Shown: positions 1 to 12,200 of the stretch, piece by piece
How positions within the stretch are numbered: position 1 is the stretch's first letter
How the letters are laid out: each line of letters begins with the position of its first letter
Source: an uncultured archaeon
GTDB taxonomy: Archaea; Iainarchaeota; Iainarchaeia; Iainarchaeales; JAAZKV01
Reading direction: 5' to 3'
Assembly (NCBI GenBank): GCA_964551375.1
Contig: CAZKBG010000002.1
Location: 64,962 to 96,961, forward strand
Length of the DNA stretch: 32,000 bases
Translations under genes and position numbers: made by a program
The notes under the pieces: generated by a model
The model's database searches: none
Seen by the model: only the letters and a program-made list of their open reading frames with translations
Told to the model about the DNA's origin: nothing

Positions 1-3000
1 TCCCTTACATTAACAACACAATGTTCTTTGAAGCAACTGATGGAAATAACTCACTAAGCGGAGTATTAATCCAAATCAAAAACGGAAAGAACACGCTTGG
101 AAAAGTTGAAACAAGCGGAGAAGGACTTGCAACTTACGAACTTAGCGAGCCAAAACTTGACGATGAAATAACATTTATCGCAAGCAAAGAAGGATATGAC
201 AATGTTGAAGTTACAAAGAAAGTTGACGCTGCGCTACTAACAATAACTCCTCAATCAATATCTGAAACAATCAAAATAGGGGATGTTACTGGACTAACTA
301 CAACAGTAATAATGCAAAATAACACTTCAAAAAATGTGAGACTTGGAAGCGTTCAAATAAACGGGGACATGAAAACTTATATTGACGCAAAATTCATTGA
401 AACATTAGCAGGAACAATAATCGAACAGGGAAAAGACAAAAACTTCACTTTATCACTAAAATTAAACTCAAGCGCAATTAAACTAAAAGCTCCAAAAGAC
501 TTGACTGGAACTGTGGTAATAAACACTGAAATACCAGGGACAAGCGCAGGATACTTAAACGAAATACCAATCTCAATAAGACTTTCAATGCCAGGGTACA
601 TGGATGACGCAAAATGCCTCAAAGTTACTCCTGCAACAATTGACTTTATTACAAGCGATACTGAAGAAAGCAAAACAGTAGTGCTGTCAAATTTATGCAC
701 AGCAGAAGACTTCCAAATCCCGCTTCACGATATATCAGCTAAACTAAATGAAGCAATGAAAGTTGGAACAATAAGCGTAAACGGCTCTGGATTTGCGACA
801 GTAAACCTTGGCGATAAATATGTGAAAATCGCAGACAGCCTTGAAAAAGATTCTGAAACAGAACTAACAATAAGATTCTCTCCAAATTCAGCAGTATCAA
901 GCGGAAAACAAACTGTTACTGTAACAATAATGGGAAAGAATATACTTGACGACAAAACTGAAGAAAAAGTTGAAACAACCCTAAAAGTTAATTCAACAAT
1001 GAACAGCCTTTCAAAATGCATTGAAATAGTAGAGCCATCAGGCGGAATACTGCTTGATATTGCTCCATGGAACTTAGGATACAACAGAATCCAGCAGTCA
1101 AACATGTCAGCATACGCTGGCGGGTACCAAGGATTCACAAATAGAAGCGCTCCATACAATATGTCTTACATGGGCGGAATGGGGATGATGGGATACGGAA
1201 CTAACGGATACGGTTCAGCATACGGCGGATTTAACTCATACGGAATGTACCCAGGAAGCGTAGCAGGCGGCGGAATGCAAAACATGAGCTACCAGCAGAA
1301 TTCATTTATAATAAAGAACAACTGCCAGACAGATGTTGATATAGACCTTGACCCAGATTCAAGAGTTACAGTATCAACTGACAAATTCACACTATCTGCA
1401 AACAGCGACGAAACAGTTACAGTTGATCCGGGATACGTTCTTGGAAAATACAAAATAAAAATAAACGCAAAGCCAAAAGGAACAACAACTTCAATGAAAA
1501 ACCTAAAAGAAGTTTCAGTGACAATAAGAAGACTTGGGGATATGGACACTGACTGCATTAAAACAAATGTAACAACAATTAACCTAAATTCATTCTTATA
1601 CAGGCCTCAGAAATACTCTGTTTTCAATTACTGCTATGATACAGGAGCTGCATTATCAAGAAGCAATGTTGCATCAATTGAATGCTCGGCTCCGCAGAAC
1701 AACAGTCTTGGATTAAATTACTTCCAGCAGGGACAAGAATCATACTACGGCTCAAGCTACCCTCTAAATGGACAGAATGCAACTTACAACAGTTATATCC
1801 AGCCAAGCGGATGCCAGACAAACTCATGCTCATTAATTACAGGAACAAGAGTAAGACAAAGAACTACTGAACAGGGGACAACAGGAACAATAGAAAGAGT
1901 AGACTTTGATGTAATGCCAAGCTCGCAATACATACCGCAGCAGAAATTATTTGACAATAAAGTCGGAAAATACGGAGCATTCCAAAACCTTAGCGCAATA
2001 AGATCATGGGCTACTGAAACCGACGCAAGAACTAATGTTTACGGAAATTTAAATATCAGCTACACAAACCAATACGGTTCGGCTGAATGCATGGAATTCC
2101 CAATCACAATCACTGATGTTTGGAGAATGGGAGAAAGCATAGATTCGGCAATCAACTGGGGAGACCCAACAGCAAGGCCAAAAGACTGCCAAGAAGCTGA
2201 CGCGCTGAATATTACTAAATACTGGGAGAATAAAACTCCAAATAAAGACGGAGTAGTTCCTGACAGCGGAGACGGATTTAATGCACAGGATAGATATGTT
2301 TACATGGCAGAACCGCCAGCGCTAAAAATCGGACCATCGCCGACTCAAAACAGCATGAGTTACCCTTCATCTTACGGAAACAACATGTATGCATACATGA
2401 ATCCTCAATACGGAATGTACAACAACCAGCAGGGCGCTCAATACTATAGTTCAGGAAATGAATCTTATATGAGAGGACAGCCAGCAAATAACGGGAATTC
2501 TGGAAGCGCAACAAAGAACTGCGGACTTCTTGACGGAATTGATGTCAAAACTGTAATCAATCCAAAAGATGCAGGCGGAGCAAAAGTAACAGTAACTGAC
2601 AGAGGAACAGGAAGCATAATCAACAACTCAAGAGGCTCAAACTTAATGGTGGAAATTGACAGAAGCACAATGACAGTTAACTGTGTGCACTTAAACATTC
2701 CAATTACAGCAAAAGTAACAAGATCAATCAACTTTGAATCACAGGACTTGACATGGTTCCTTGATGTAAAATTCGCAAAGAAAGGAATACCTTACAACGA
2801 AGCAGAATGCATGAAGACAACAACAAGCACAGTGACAGACTGCAAAGATGCATTAAGAAGCATACTTCTAAAGAACAACACAAAACAAAACGATGCTGCA
2901 GGAATTGAAGCTGCAATTAAAGAGCTTTTAGACAAGCGACCAGAATGCAGGCAATATGTTGATGTGTCAGTTGCAAATACTATTTTAGGGCAGATTGCTC

Positions 3001-4808
3001 AAGATACAAACTTAGGAAAAGGATGCGCTTTATCTCCTGCTGAATTCGGACACACTTTAATAAAAAGCACAAAGTCAACTCCTGCTGACACAGTTGACTG
3101 CACACAATACTTCTGCAGCGGAGAAATGCTGAATTTATTCTTGTTAAAGAAATTCTCTGAGGCAAGAACCATGTTGAACAATGAATTATCCGATTTAAGG
3201 AGCCCGCTTGAAATAGAAAAGAAAAGCAAAGTCGCAAAATACGATGCTGCAAAAGATGTTATGATTTCAAGATTATACAGAAGAGCAATTGAAAGAGATA
3301 TTAATATCTGCAACAGCGGAGCAAAAGCATTCTACTCAATTGAAGGCACAAAAGCGCTTGATATTTACGGCAAATACGAATTAAGCAATTTAAAAGTTGA
3401 TTCAGCTGCAAAGAAAATAATCACTGACAAAGGCGCAGGAGCAGTTCCATTAACAAACATGGTTACATACGTTCTTGGCGCAAGCGACTTGAAGAAAGAT
3501 TACAACAGTTTGCTAATCAAAGTTCCAGTTAATCCAGATGTAAACAAAGGGCTTGAAGGAATCGGATTTGTAGTATCAGGCTCGGATTATTACTTATCAC
3601 TTGAAACATACTCTGATTTATTGACTCAGGTTGCAAAAGACCTTGATAATGCTAAAACTTGCGATAAAGCAAACACTGCCTGCAAAATTACTCTGTGCGG
3701 AAGAAATGATGTTGTTCTTGAACCAAATGTAATAAAATACATTAATGACTTTGGACAACTCGTGAAAGGGGTATACGACAGAGAAGATATGGATCAGATT
3801 GATATTGAAGCAATTTACTCAAAGAATCCAAAATTAAACAAAGTTCATGACCTTGCTAAATTTAATTCAGTTCTTTCAAATACAAAAATTGGAAGCTCAA
3901 AATTAAATTCAGGACTTGCGCCGAGCGTTCTTCTTGCAAAAACAACACTTCCTGCAAATGGGTTTGATGCAAAAGCAATCCTGAATAATTCTTTAGGAGA
4001 CCTTGGACAGTTAAAAATAGCTTATTCTGGAGAAAACAATCCTAAAATCGGAAGGTATTCGCTCGAACTTGATTATGCTTATGTTGGAACTGAAGTTTCA
4101 AAAGAAGCAAAAGCAACACTTTCTGACCATAATTCAACAATTGAGGGCGCTCCAAAAGTGCAAAATAACGCATTGCTATTATACGGACTTTCTGAAAATG
4201 ACTTATTTGTTGTAAATTCAACAGATGCAATTTTCACAAGCCCTGCAAGAAATACAATTATTGGAGAAAGAACTATTGGTTTAGCAGGACAAATGGCATT
4301 CTTTAAGAAAATACCTTTAAAAGTAAGCGCAAGATTGTATGCCGGCGAAAGCGGATTAATGTACAAACCAGTTACAGGGCAAACATCCGTTCCGTCATTG
4401 ATTAACTGGTATGCTAGTGCGCAAGCTCCAAAAGGGCCTGATTCATTAGTTCAAGCAGGCAACGAGACTTGGTATAATATTAACATAATAAAATCAAACG
4501 AAACACAAAGTATTTATGGAATCTACTATTATCCTGATGGCGGAGCGCTTTTTGTTAACCGCGGAACTGCAAAGGGCGGGGAAATTACATTGACAAAAGC
4601 AGGGTATATGTTAAACATTCCAATCAGCACTGTTCCTTTGACAATACCTGGCGCAGATTCCCAGCGCAAAGAATTGTCGGCTGTTGTTTCAGCTAACACA
4701 ATGACGCTTGACGGACTCTTGCCTGAAATTAATGAAGGAAGAGCATGCTACTCGGATGACGGAACTTTGAACTGGAATGAAAGCAAATTAATCAAAGGCG
4801 CAAACTAA
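1..4808 (+). CDS. Giant surface/secreted protein with Ig-like beta-sandwich repeats, 5'-truncated by the window edge (>=1595 aa visible)
   Basis: The frame is open upstream of the listed ATG at 21 (codons 3-20 read PYINNT), so the true start is outside the window. The protein is rich in Thr/Ser/Asn and has repeated beta-sandwich segments of the type 'AKCLKVTPATIDF...VVLSNLC...' and 'SKCIEIVEP...SFIIKNNC'. It ends with '...GRACYSDDGTLNWNES', which resembles the ends of the two downstream giants. Confidence 0.8.
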   Translation, partial: PYINNTMFFEATDGNNSLSGVLIQIKNGKNTLGKVETSGEGLATYELSEPKLDDEITFIASKEGYDNVEVTKKVDAALLTITPQSISETIKIGDVTGLTTTVIMQNNTSKNVRLGSVQINGDMKTYIDAKFIETLAGTIIEQGKDKNFTLSLKLNSSAIKLKAPKDLTGTVVINTEIPGTSAGYLNEIPISIRLSMPGYMDDAKCLKVTPATIDFITSDTEESKTVVLSNLCTAEDFQIPLHDISAKLNEAMKVGTISVNGSGFATVNLGDKYVKIADSLEKDSETELTIRFSPNSAVSSGKQTVTVTIMGKNILDDKTEEKVETTLKVNSTMNSLSKCIEIVEPSGGILLDIAPWNLGYNRIQQSNMSAYAGGYQGFTNRSAPYNMSYMGGMGMMGYGTNGYGSAYGGFNSYGMYPGSVAGGGMQNMSYQQNSFIIKNNCQTDVDIDLDPDSRVTVSTDKFTLSANSDETVTVDPGYVLGKYKIKINAKPKGTTTSMKNLKEVSVTIRRLGDMDTDCIKTNVTTINLNSFLYRPQKYSVFNYCYDTGAALSRSNVASIECSAPQNNSLGLNYFQQGQESYYGSSYPLNGQNATYNSYIQPSGCQTNSCSLITGTRVRQRTTEQGTTGTIERVDFDVMPSSQYIPQQKLFDNKVGKYGAFQNLSAIRSWATETDARTNVYGNLNISYTNQYGSAECMEFPITITDVWRMGESIDSAINWGDPTARPKDCQEADALNITKYWENKTPNKDGVVPDSGDGFNAQDRYVYMAEPPALKIGPSPTQNSMSYPSSYGNNMYAYMNPQYGMYNNQQGAQYYSSGNESYMRGQPANNGNSGSATKNCGLLDGIDVKTVINPKDAGGAKVTVTDRGTGSIINNSRGSNLMVEIDRSTMTVNCVHLNIPITAKVTRSINFESQDLTWFLDVKFAKKGIPYNEAECMKTTTSTVTDCKDALRSILLKNNTKQNDAAGIEAAIKELLDKRPECRQYVDVSVANTILGQIAQDTNLGKGCALSPAEFGHTLIKSTKSTPADTVDCTQYFCSGEMLNLFLLKKFSEARTMLNNELSDLRSPLEIEKKSKVAKYDAAKDVMISRLYRRAIERDINICNSGAKAFYSIEGTKALDIYGKYELSNLKVDSAAKKIITDKGAGAVPLTNMVTYVLGASDLKKDYNSLLIKVPVNPDVNKGLEGIGFVVSGSDYYLSLETYSDLLTQVAKDLDNAKTCDKANTACKITLCGRNDVVLEPNVIKYINDFGQLVKGVYDREDMDQIDIEAIYSKNPKLNKVHDLAKFNSVLSNTKIGSSKLNSGLAPSVLLAKTTLPANGFDAKAILNNSLGDLGQLKIAYSGENNPKIGRYSLELDYAYVGTEVSKEAKATLSDHNSTIEGAPKVQNNALLLYGLSENDLFVVNSTDAIFTSPARNTIIGERTIGLAGQMAFFKKIPLKVSARLYAGESGLMYKPVTGQTSVPSLINWYASAQAPKGPDSLVQAGNETWYNINIIKSNETQSIYGIYYYPDGGALFVNRGTAKGGEITLTKAGYMLNIPISTVPLTIPGADSQRKELSAVVSANTMTLDGLLPEINEGRACYSDDGTLNWNESKLIKGAN

Positions 4809-4993
4809 ATAAAACTAAATAAAACGCGCGGAAAAACTTTTGTAATTCAAATTTTGCCTAAAACAAAAACAAAACTAATTTAAGAAACTCATTTTGTTGG
4901 ACAAATTAATTTTTGAATCCTTAAATAAACAAGTTTATTAATAAGAAAAAAGATGATGATAAGAGCAGAAAGCTTGATTATTTAGGTGAAAAA

Positions 4994-6064
4994 GTGGATA
5001 ATAGAGTGCTGACATTTGTACTAATAAGCATAATTGCATTCTTGTCAGGCTTTGCCGCTTCATACCTCTTTCCAATTCAAACTCCTTTTGTTGATGTTCC
5101 ATTCAGCGTTCTTGCAATAGGATTAATCCTTGGAGGGGCCGCTTTTTTTGGATATCTTGGCTTTATTCCAGCACTTCTTTTGGGACTCCAGCTGGGCGCG
5201 GAAAAAAACGCGGCAGTATTCATTTACATTGCGCCTGTAATACTTGCAATTTATGCGGGAACTTATATTGGAGTTTTAATAAACAAAGATTTTGAAAGAA
5301 AAGAAATATTTGCAAAAAAAGCAAAAAATATTATTGTAATAGTGGCAATCGCCCTTGTAATATCATTCGCGGTTGAAATGGCGGTGCCGTACACTGTAGA
5401 GTACTGGCCGAAGGATTATCTTGGGATGAGTGTGGGCGGAGGATATATGTCATATGATTCCGATTTGACAGGGGAAAATATTATTTTAAGGGGAGATTCA
5501 TTAACAATTCCAATTGAATTAAAACAAATAGTTGTTGGAAAGAACAATGCTTCCGTGTTTAACACTTCAACGAATGCGATTTTAAAAATAAAAGACGCTG
5601 ATGAAGGCACGCCAGTTTATGGGGCTGAAGTTACTGCCACAAGCCAGAGCGGAAATGAACATGAATTTATTGAAACTTCAAGCGGAATGTACAAAAAAGA
5701 TCAGTTCCCATTCGGAGAACAAGTAACATTAATTGTAAAATCAAAAGGATACGAAGAGTACAATAAAAAAGTTACATTTAACCGCGATATTATAAATGAA
5801 ATCTCGCTTACTCCAGAACCTGTGGGCGAGGAAGCAGAATCAAGCGTTACAATAAGGGTATTTGGAAGCGATGGAAAGACAATAAACCAGGCAAAAGTAA
5901 CTGTTTATAATAAAGAAACATCCGCAACACTCCAAATAGGATACACTCAAAACGGACAAATTACGCTTAAAGCAATGACTGGGACAAGACTGAGAATAGT
6001 TGTTGAAAAAGGAAGCACAGCCGCAGGGCTTATTGGAAAACTTGCGAGCCTTAAAAGAAGATAA
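4994..6064 (+). CDS. Polytopic membrane protein (about 4-5 TM helices) with a C-terminal carboxypeptidase-regulatory/Ig-like beta-sandwich tail
   Basis: 356 aa ORF with a GTG start preceded by a Shine-Dalgarno-like AGGTGA at 4984-4989. The N-terminus is hydrophobic (FVLISIIAFLSGFAASYLF...). The tail 'AILKIKDADEGTPVYGAEVTATSQSG...VTLIVKSKGYEEYNKKV' matches the style of domains in the giants. Confidence 0.8.
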   Translation: MDNRVLTFVLISIIAFLSGFAASYLFPIQTPFVDVPFSVLAIGLILGGAAFFGYLGFIPALLLGLQLGAEKNAAVFIYIAPVILAIYAGTYIGVLINKDFERKEIFAKKAKNIIVIVAIALVISFAVEMAVPYTVEYWPKDYLGMSVGGGYMSYDSDLTGENIILRGDSLTIPIELKQIVVGKNNASVFNTSTNAILKIKDADEGTPVYGAEVTATSQSGNEHEFIETSSGMYKKDQFPFGEQVTLIVKSKGYEEYNKKVTFNRDIINEISLTPEPVGEEAESSVTIRVFGSDGKTINQAKVTVYNKETSATLQIGYTQNGQITLKAMTGTRLRIVVEKGSTAAGLIGKLASLKRR

Positions 6065-6181
6065 TTTTAAAAAAGCATGAAAATTTAGCAAATTGCCAAA
6101 AATTTTGCAAAAATTTTATTAAAATCAAAATTTTTCTCAAAAATTAAAATAAATTGAGTTTAATTGAAGCTTATAGAAAGG

Positions 6182-6191
6182 TATTTATATA
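6182..6191 (+). promoter_or_regulatory. Putative archaeal TATA box for the 2757-aa giant gene
   Basis: TATTTATATA about 50 nt upstream of ATG 6240. Confidence 0.45.
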
Positions 6192-6239
6192 GTTGAAACA
6201 TTAATTTTATGGTATCGAGCAAAATACGGACGCATTGAT

Positions 6240-9200
6240 ATGGGCATTGGGGAATCGCTAAAAGGAATATACTATTCTGGCGAAGAAAAGTGGTATGCTT
6301 TCTGGGATAAAGTGGACGCACACATTCCTGTTTACAAAGTAATTGACCCAATTGATTCAGTAATACCGACATTTGCGCTGTTTTTGATTATTATCTTTTT
6401 AATTTTATTATTCGCAGGATATGCGCTTCTTGGCGGAATAGCTCCTGCAACCGCGACTCTAAAACTAAGCGTTGTTGACAGCGACGGAATGGGAGTAAGC
6501 GGAGCAACAGTGACTGTTGAAGGAGTTGATGGCGAATTCTACTCAAACGACTTCGGATTAATTGAAGACTTAATTGTTCCGTTTAATTCAACGCTTGAAG
6601 TAAATGCGGAGAAAGGCGAGAGCAAAACAACAATTCCAATTACAATTGACGAATTTGAAAAAATTGCAGAAGTAGTGCTTCCAGTTGAAAGAATAAGCTT
6701 TGAGCAGAAAACAATAAGATTCCAGAGCGAAGACGGCGCACTAATCCAAAGCGAATTAAGATTACATTACACATGCTCATCAGGAGTGGCTGCTCCTGAA
6801 GATGTTACAATTTACACAGGCAGCGCGAACTTAGCACAGCCTGCAAATTGCGGAACTCTTGAAGTAGAAGTAACTTCATCAAAATACGAAAGAGCAAGAT
6901 TTTCAGTAAGCGGACCATCAGGAGTATTTACACTAAAATTACTTGCGCCGGTTGAAAAAGGACGAGCTACAGTAAACCTAAAATACGAATCAAGATTAAT
7001 CACAGAACAAGTTACAGTTCAGGCATTTAGGGCAGATAATGCATTCCTTCCAGTAAACAGCGCAACAAGCGTAAACGGACAAGTTCAATTTGAACTTCCA
7101 CTTGGGGATTACAAATTCAAATCACTAATGCAAAGCGGGTACAAGCAGAAAGAATCATCAGTAGTTTCAATCACAAAAGCAAATTCAAACCCTGTTATTG
7201 ACTTAGATTTGCAGAAAGAAATAATCGGAGTAATTGTAGTTCAGGCAAAAGAAAATGGAGCTGCCTTAAGCGGAGTTCATATGAGCCTGACAAAAAAACT
7301 TCTAACCAGACAAGAGCCTGTAATTGACAGAGACACAAACGAAGGCGGATATGTTCAATTTGAAATTGCGGAAGACGCAAATTACACAGTAACAGCTACA
7401 AAAGATAATTACTGCGAAGTATCAGTTGCAGTATCAATAGGAGACTCAAGAGTAATCTCAATGAAGCAGAATGACTCAACATGCGGATACAAACTAATTG
7501 CAAGAGTAATAGACCAGGACAATAAGCCGGTAGCTCACGCAAAAGCGGCAATATTCATTGAAACAGCAGAAGATATTTACAAAATGCCAAGAGCAGAACA
7601 AGTAACAGGATACAATGGGGACGCAAACTGGAACCCTGTAAGAAAAACAAACAGCGACGAGAAATTCAAAGTATTCGCATATAAAGCATCATACTCCGGA
7701 TGGAGTGAAGCAAGAGTATTTGACTCGCTATCCTCAAGCACTCCATTTGTTGTAAAACTTGAAATCCCGATGGGAACAGTAAAAGTAATAGCAAAAGACA
7801 GAGACGCTAATCCATTGCAGTTTGCAGAAGTTCAGTTATTTGATGAATACGACGGAACAGCAGTAAGCGGCAGAAAATTAATTGAAAACGCTGACGGCTC
7901 AATTGAATTCAACTTAAAAGCTGACAAGAGAGTTTATGCAGTAGTAAAGAAAGAAGGATACGAATCATACACTACACTTCCAACAATGATGGTTGCAGGC
8001 GGAACAATTACATTTGACGTTGAACTATTCAAGCCACCTGTTCAGGAAATCTTTGTTAGATCGCTTGGATTCTTCAAAAACGGAACACCAGTTCTAAAAG
8101 TAGAGCCAAGCCAGGAATACGACGCATTGTTTGAATTAACTGCCCCTTCAACAAAAACATACTCAGAACTTGGATTCTTTGTAAGAATGGGCGCAGATAA
8201 TATGACTAAAACTGAGCTTGATAAAATATTTATCAAAGATGTAATGGCTTCAGGAGTAAAATCAATAGTAACAGGAGCGACTTACAATAAGCCAATGGGA
8301 TACTATAACACTGACTCAAAATACACTAACCTTGAAGAAAGCAAGTGGGCAGAAATAAAATGGCCAATGAACGGATATGTTCCTGGAAAAATCATAGTAG
8401 GAGTAAAAGTAAAAATCAGGCCAACTGCGCAGGCTGAAGAAAGACTTGAACTTGGATACAGAGCATGGGGCAAAACAACAAGCGGAGTATACGAAAGAGA
8501 CTTAATTGACGACGAACTTGGAACAAGCCAGAGCTCAACAACAAAACAAGAACTTTACGCTTCAACAAAGCCAGATTACATTACAGTTGGAATGGAAACA
8601 CTATGCGATACTCCAGAAAGCGGAAAATCATTCTGTATAACAGCAACTTACACTGATCCAGACGGATTCACAAAAAGCTTCAATGACTCATTTGACACTA
8701 AGAACAATACTCCTTACAATGTTTCAATCAAAATCATGAACAACTCAACAGTTGGATTTGATGACGCAAAAATAATGGTTGAAAACCCTGAAGAAAATTT
8801 ATACATGGGCACAATGACAGCAGTAACTCCAAGATTCTCTCCAAGCGAGATAAACGTAAACGGATACGCTACTGACTGGATTGACATGCCAAGATATGTA
8901 AAGAACTCATCAATTGAAATCCAATCAATGCAATTAACTCCGCAAAAAACAGGGACAGGCACATTGCTTGTAAAAATACGCGAAGGCGCATCAATGATTT
9001 ATGAAAAAGCATTTACAGTAAATATTGCAAGCGACAAGAAATTAACAGTGCGATTCATGAAAGGCGGAGTATTTGGAGACGAAATGCCTAAATTAGTATC
9101 AGGAAAAACTGAACTACTAACAGTTAAAGCATTAAACACAGTAAGCGGATTAGAAGTACAAGACGCAGTAGTAAAATTATTCGACAGATTTGGAACAAAA

Positions 9201-12200
9201 CTATTTGAAGCAACTACAAACAAGCTTGGAGTAGCAACAATACAAATACCAGCATCACTTCCAGGCGAAAGATTAGTTCTTTCAATTGAAAAATCAGAAT
9301 ACGAAACAGTGAGAAAAGATATTGTAATTGCAGAAGATGTAGTAAGCGTAGACCCAACTTCACTAAACTTCACAGTTAACCCGCAGTCAAAACTAACAGA
9401 TATGAAAACAGTGAAAATCACAAACGAAACAGCAATTGACCTTTATATAAAAAGCATAACACTAACAGGAAAACTAAAGGGAGTTCTTGACGAAGCCTCA
9501 ATTTCAGCATGGTTTGAGAACTTTAAAGGAAAGAAAATAAAATCACAAGACTATGAAGAAGTAGTATTCAAAGTAGCAAGCGCAGCAGTAGTTCCAACAG
9601 CAGAAGACCTTGAAGGAACATTTAACATTACACTAATATCACAGGGAAAAGAATGGGTAAAAGAAATCCCTGCAAAAATCAGAGTAGGACTTGGAAAAGA
9701 TGTTGACAACCAATCATGCCTTGAAGTAACAAAAACAATGTGGGACACAACAACAAGAGGAGCGCAGGTTGAAGCATCATTTGAACTAAGAAACAACTGC
9801 ACAGTAAACGGAGCGCCAGTAATTTTGAAAAACATCGGCGCAACAGTATCACAATCAACAACAGTAACAGGCACATTTAATGCGCAGTCAAAGAACATAC
9901 AAGTAGAACTTGGAAGCGCATTTGCAAGAATATTTAAAACATCAATGGACAAGGGGGAGAAAGTTCCAGTAACAATAAAATTCACCCCAATGCCAGGCTC
10001 AGCAGGAATAGCAACAGGCTCAATAATATTTGAAGCGCTGAATAATACTGACTCAAAAGCGCAGAAACTAACTGCTGAAATGAAATACAATATAATTTAC
10101 GAAAACTTGCAGGACTGCGTAGTGCTTGGAGCAGACGAATTAACAATTGAAGAAGAAGGAAGCGGAACATTTACAGTAAACAATAACTGCAAATCAAAAG
10201 TAGATGTTATACTAAGACCACAAGACTTGCAGGGCTCAATAAATAACACTGACTTTAAATTAAACGCAGGAGAAAACAAAGAAGTAACTGTAAAATCATA
10301 CAAAGGGCAAATAGCAGGAGCATACAATGTAGTTCTTGAAGCAAGAAGCACAGGAGCATCACTTGAACCGGTTGCAAATATTAAAGTAATAATAGAGCCA
10401 AAATCAAGCTGCTTTAAACTTACAAGATACGTTTATGATATATTTGACTACGAAGACAGCGTAAATCCATTTGACGGAATAGACAGAGGATACTTAATCA
10501 ACAACTGCGTTACAAAGAATGTAACAGCAAAAGTAACAGGAACTATTCCTTACGACTCATCAGCAATCCTAAAAACAATGCTATGGGGCGGACTAGTAGG
10601 CGGAGTAACAGCATACTTTAAGACAGGAAAATTTTGGCCAGATTCATGGTTCAACAAAAAGGACCCAAAAGTATCCTCAAATATACAAACAGGATACACT
10701 GATGTAGCGCACGCTCAAAGATCTGAACTTACAAGAGTAAGCACAGAAATGCAAACAGCAAAAGAAACAAATTACGGACAAATAGACGCTAAACTAAAGG
10801 CGCTTAAGAAACAAGCCGATGACACTAATGCAAAAGTAGTGAATAGATATAACTTAAATCGCGCAGAATGCGAAAAAATCTCAGCTAACCCTGCTGATGC
10901 TTCAAGAATTGCATGCTTAACAAAAGCAACTTCAATAAAAGCAGACGCTCAAGCAATAATTACAAAACAATACGCTGCCGCTGAAACTGATATTAATGCG
11001 TTAAGAGAAAAATTAAAGAAAGCTGAAGCAGAGTTCTCAACTCAATTAAAAGCTTCAGGCGAAAAGATGGATTCATACACAGAACAGCAGAGATCAAACG
11101 CTTCATTCCAAGTAGGACAAGGAACTATAAACAATGAGAAAGCAAACAGAGAAATGGACGCAACTCTAAGAGCAAATATTTCAAACTTAAGAAACGAAAT
11201 GAACGCAAAGATTGACGCATGGAATGGATACAGAAGCGACTTCATGAACACACTTTACAAGAAATATGAAAAACTTGACTTAAGCGATGTAGAGAAACAG
11301 AAGAATAACAAAATAACAGCTGATGCGGCTAAACCTGAAAAGTACTCATTAACAACTGCAGCGCTTGACGCAGTAACAGTTGACAAAGTAGAAGAGAAAG
11401 AGTTCTCAACAGCTCCAGCAATTACTGCTATTGACACAACAAAATCAGGACCAAGCCAGATAGCATCAAATGGACTTGCATCAACTAATGCTACAACTGT
11501 AACTGCGACTGATGTAATAACATCATCAGATGGATATACTTTGATTAAAGATGATGGAACAAATCCAAGCGCGGCTCCAGCTGATTATCAGCCTATGAAC
11601 AGTTTGACAAGCAATATTGGAAGATATTACAGAAATCCTGAAAGTTTAATAGTCCGCCCAACTGGTAATGATTCTTACACAGTAACAAGAAATGACGGGC
11701 AGTTAATTGGGACTTGGAGTTATAATAATTCAGTTTGGACTGAAACAATTGATTCAAGCACAAATTACTATGATAGTTCATTTAATCACTTAAAGAAAAA
11801 TGCTAAAGTTGACGGCTTTTTCCTGCTTGCAACAAGCGGAACAGGAGCTTCAACAGGAAGCACTTCATCTTCTGGCTCAAACTCAAACCAGTCAAGCGGA
11901 ATGAACGCAATATTAAACGGAGTAATTGGATACGGAGCAGGCTCGGTAATGCCTAACGGACTTGGCGGAGCACTTGCAGGCGCATTAACTACTGGATTTA
12001 TGCAGTGGATGCAGGCGCAAGACACTACAGTAAATTACAAAGACACTTTCGAAATGAACTGGATTGAATTTGTAAGTGCAACACTGGACAGCCCAAGCGG
12101 AGTAAAAATGGATGTGGGCGAAGCAATGTATGATTATGAAACTTACTACGGAACAACAGTAACTGGAAGCACAGTTTCAGAAACTACAAACGCAACATAC

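Noticed and set aside
6160-6372. 70-aa minus-strand ORF over the giant gene start and promoter
   Set aside because: It overlaps the TATA-like box and N-terminal coding region of a clearly supported gene.
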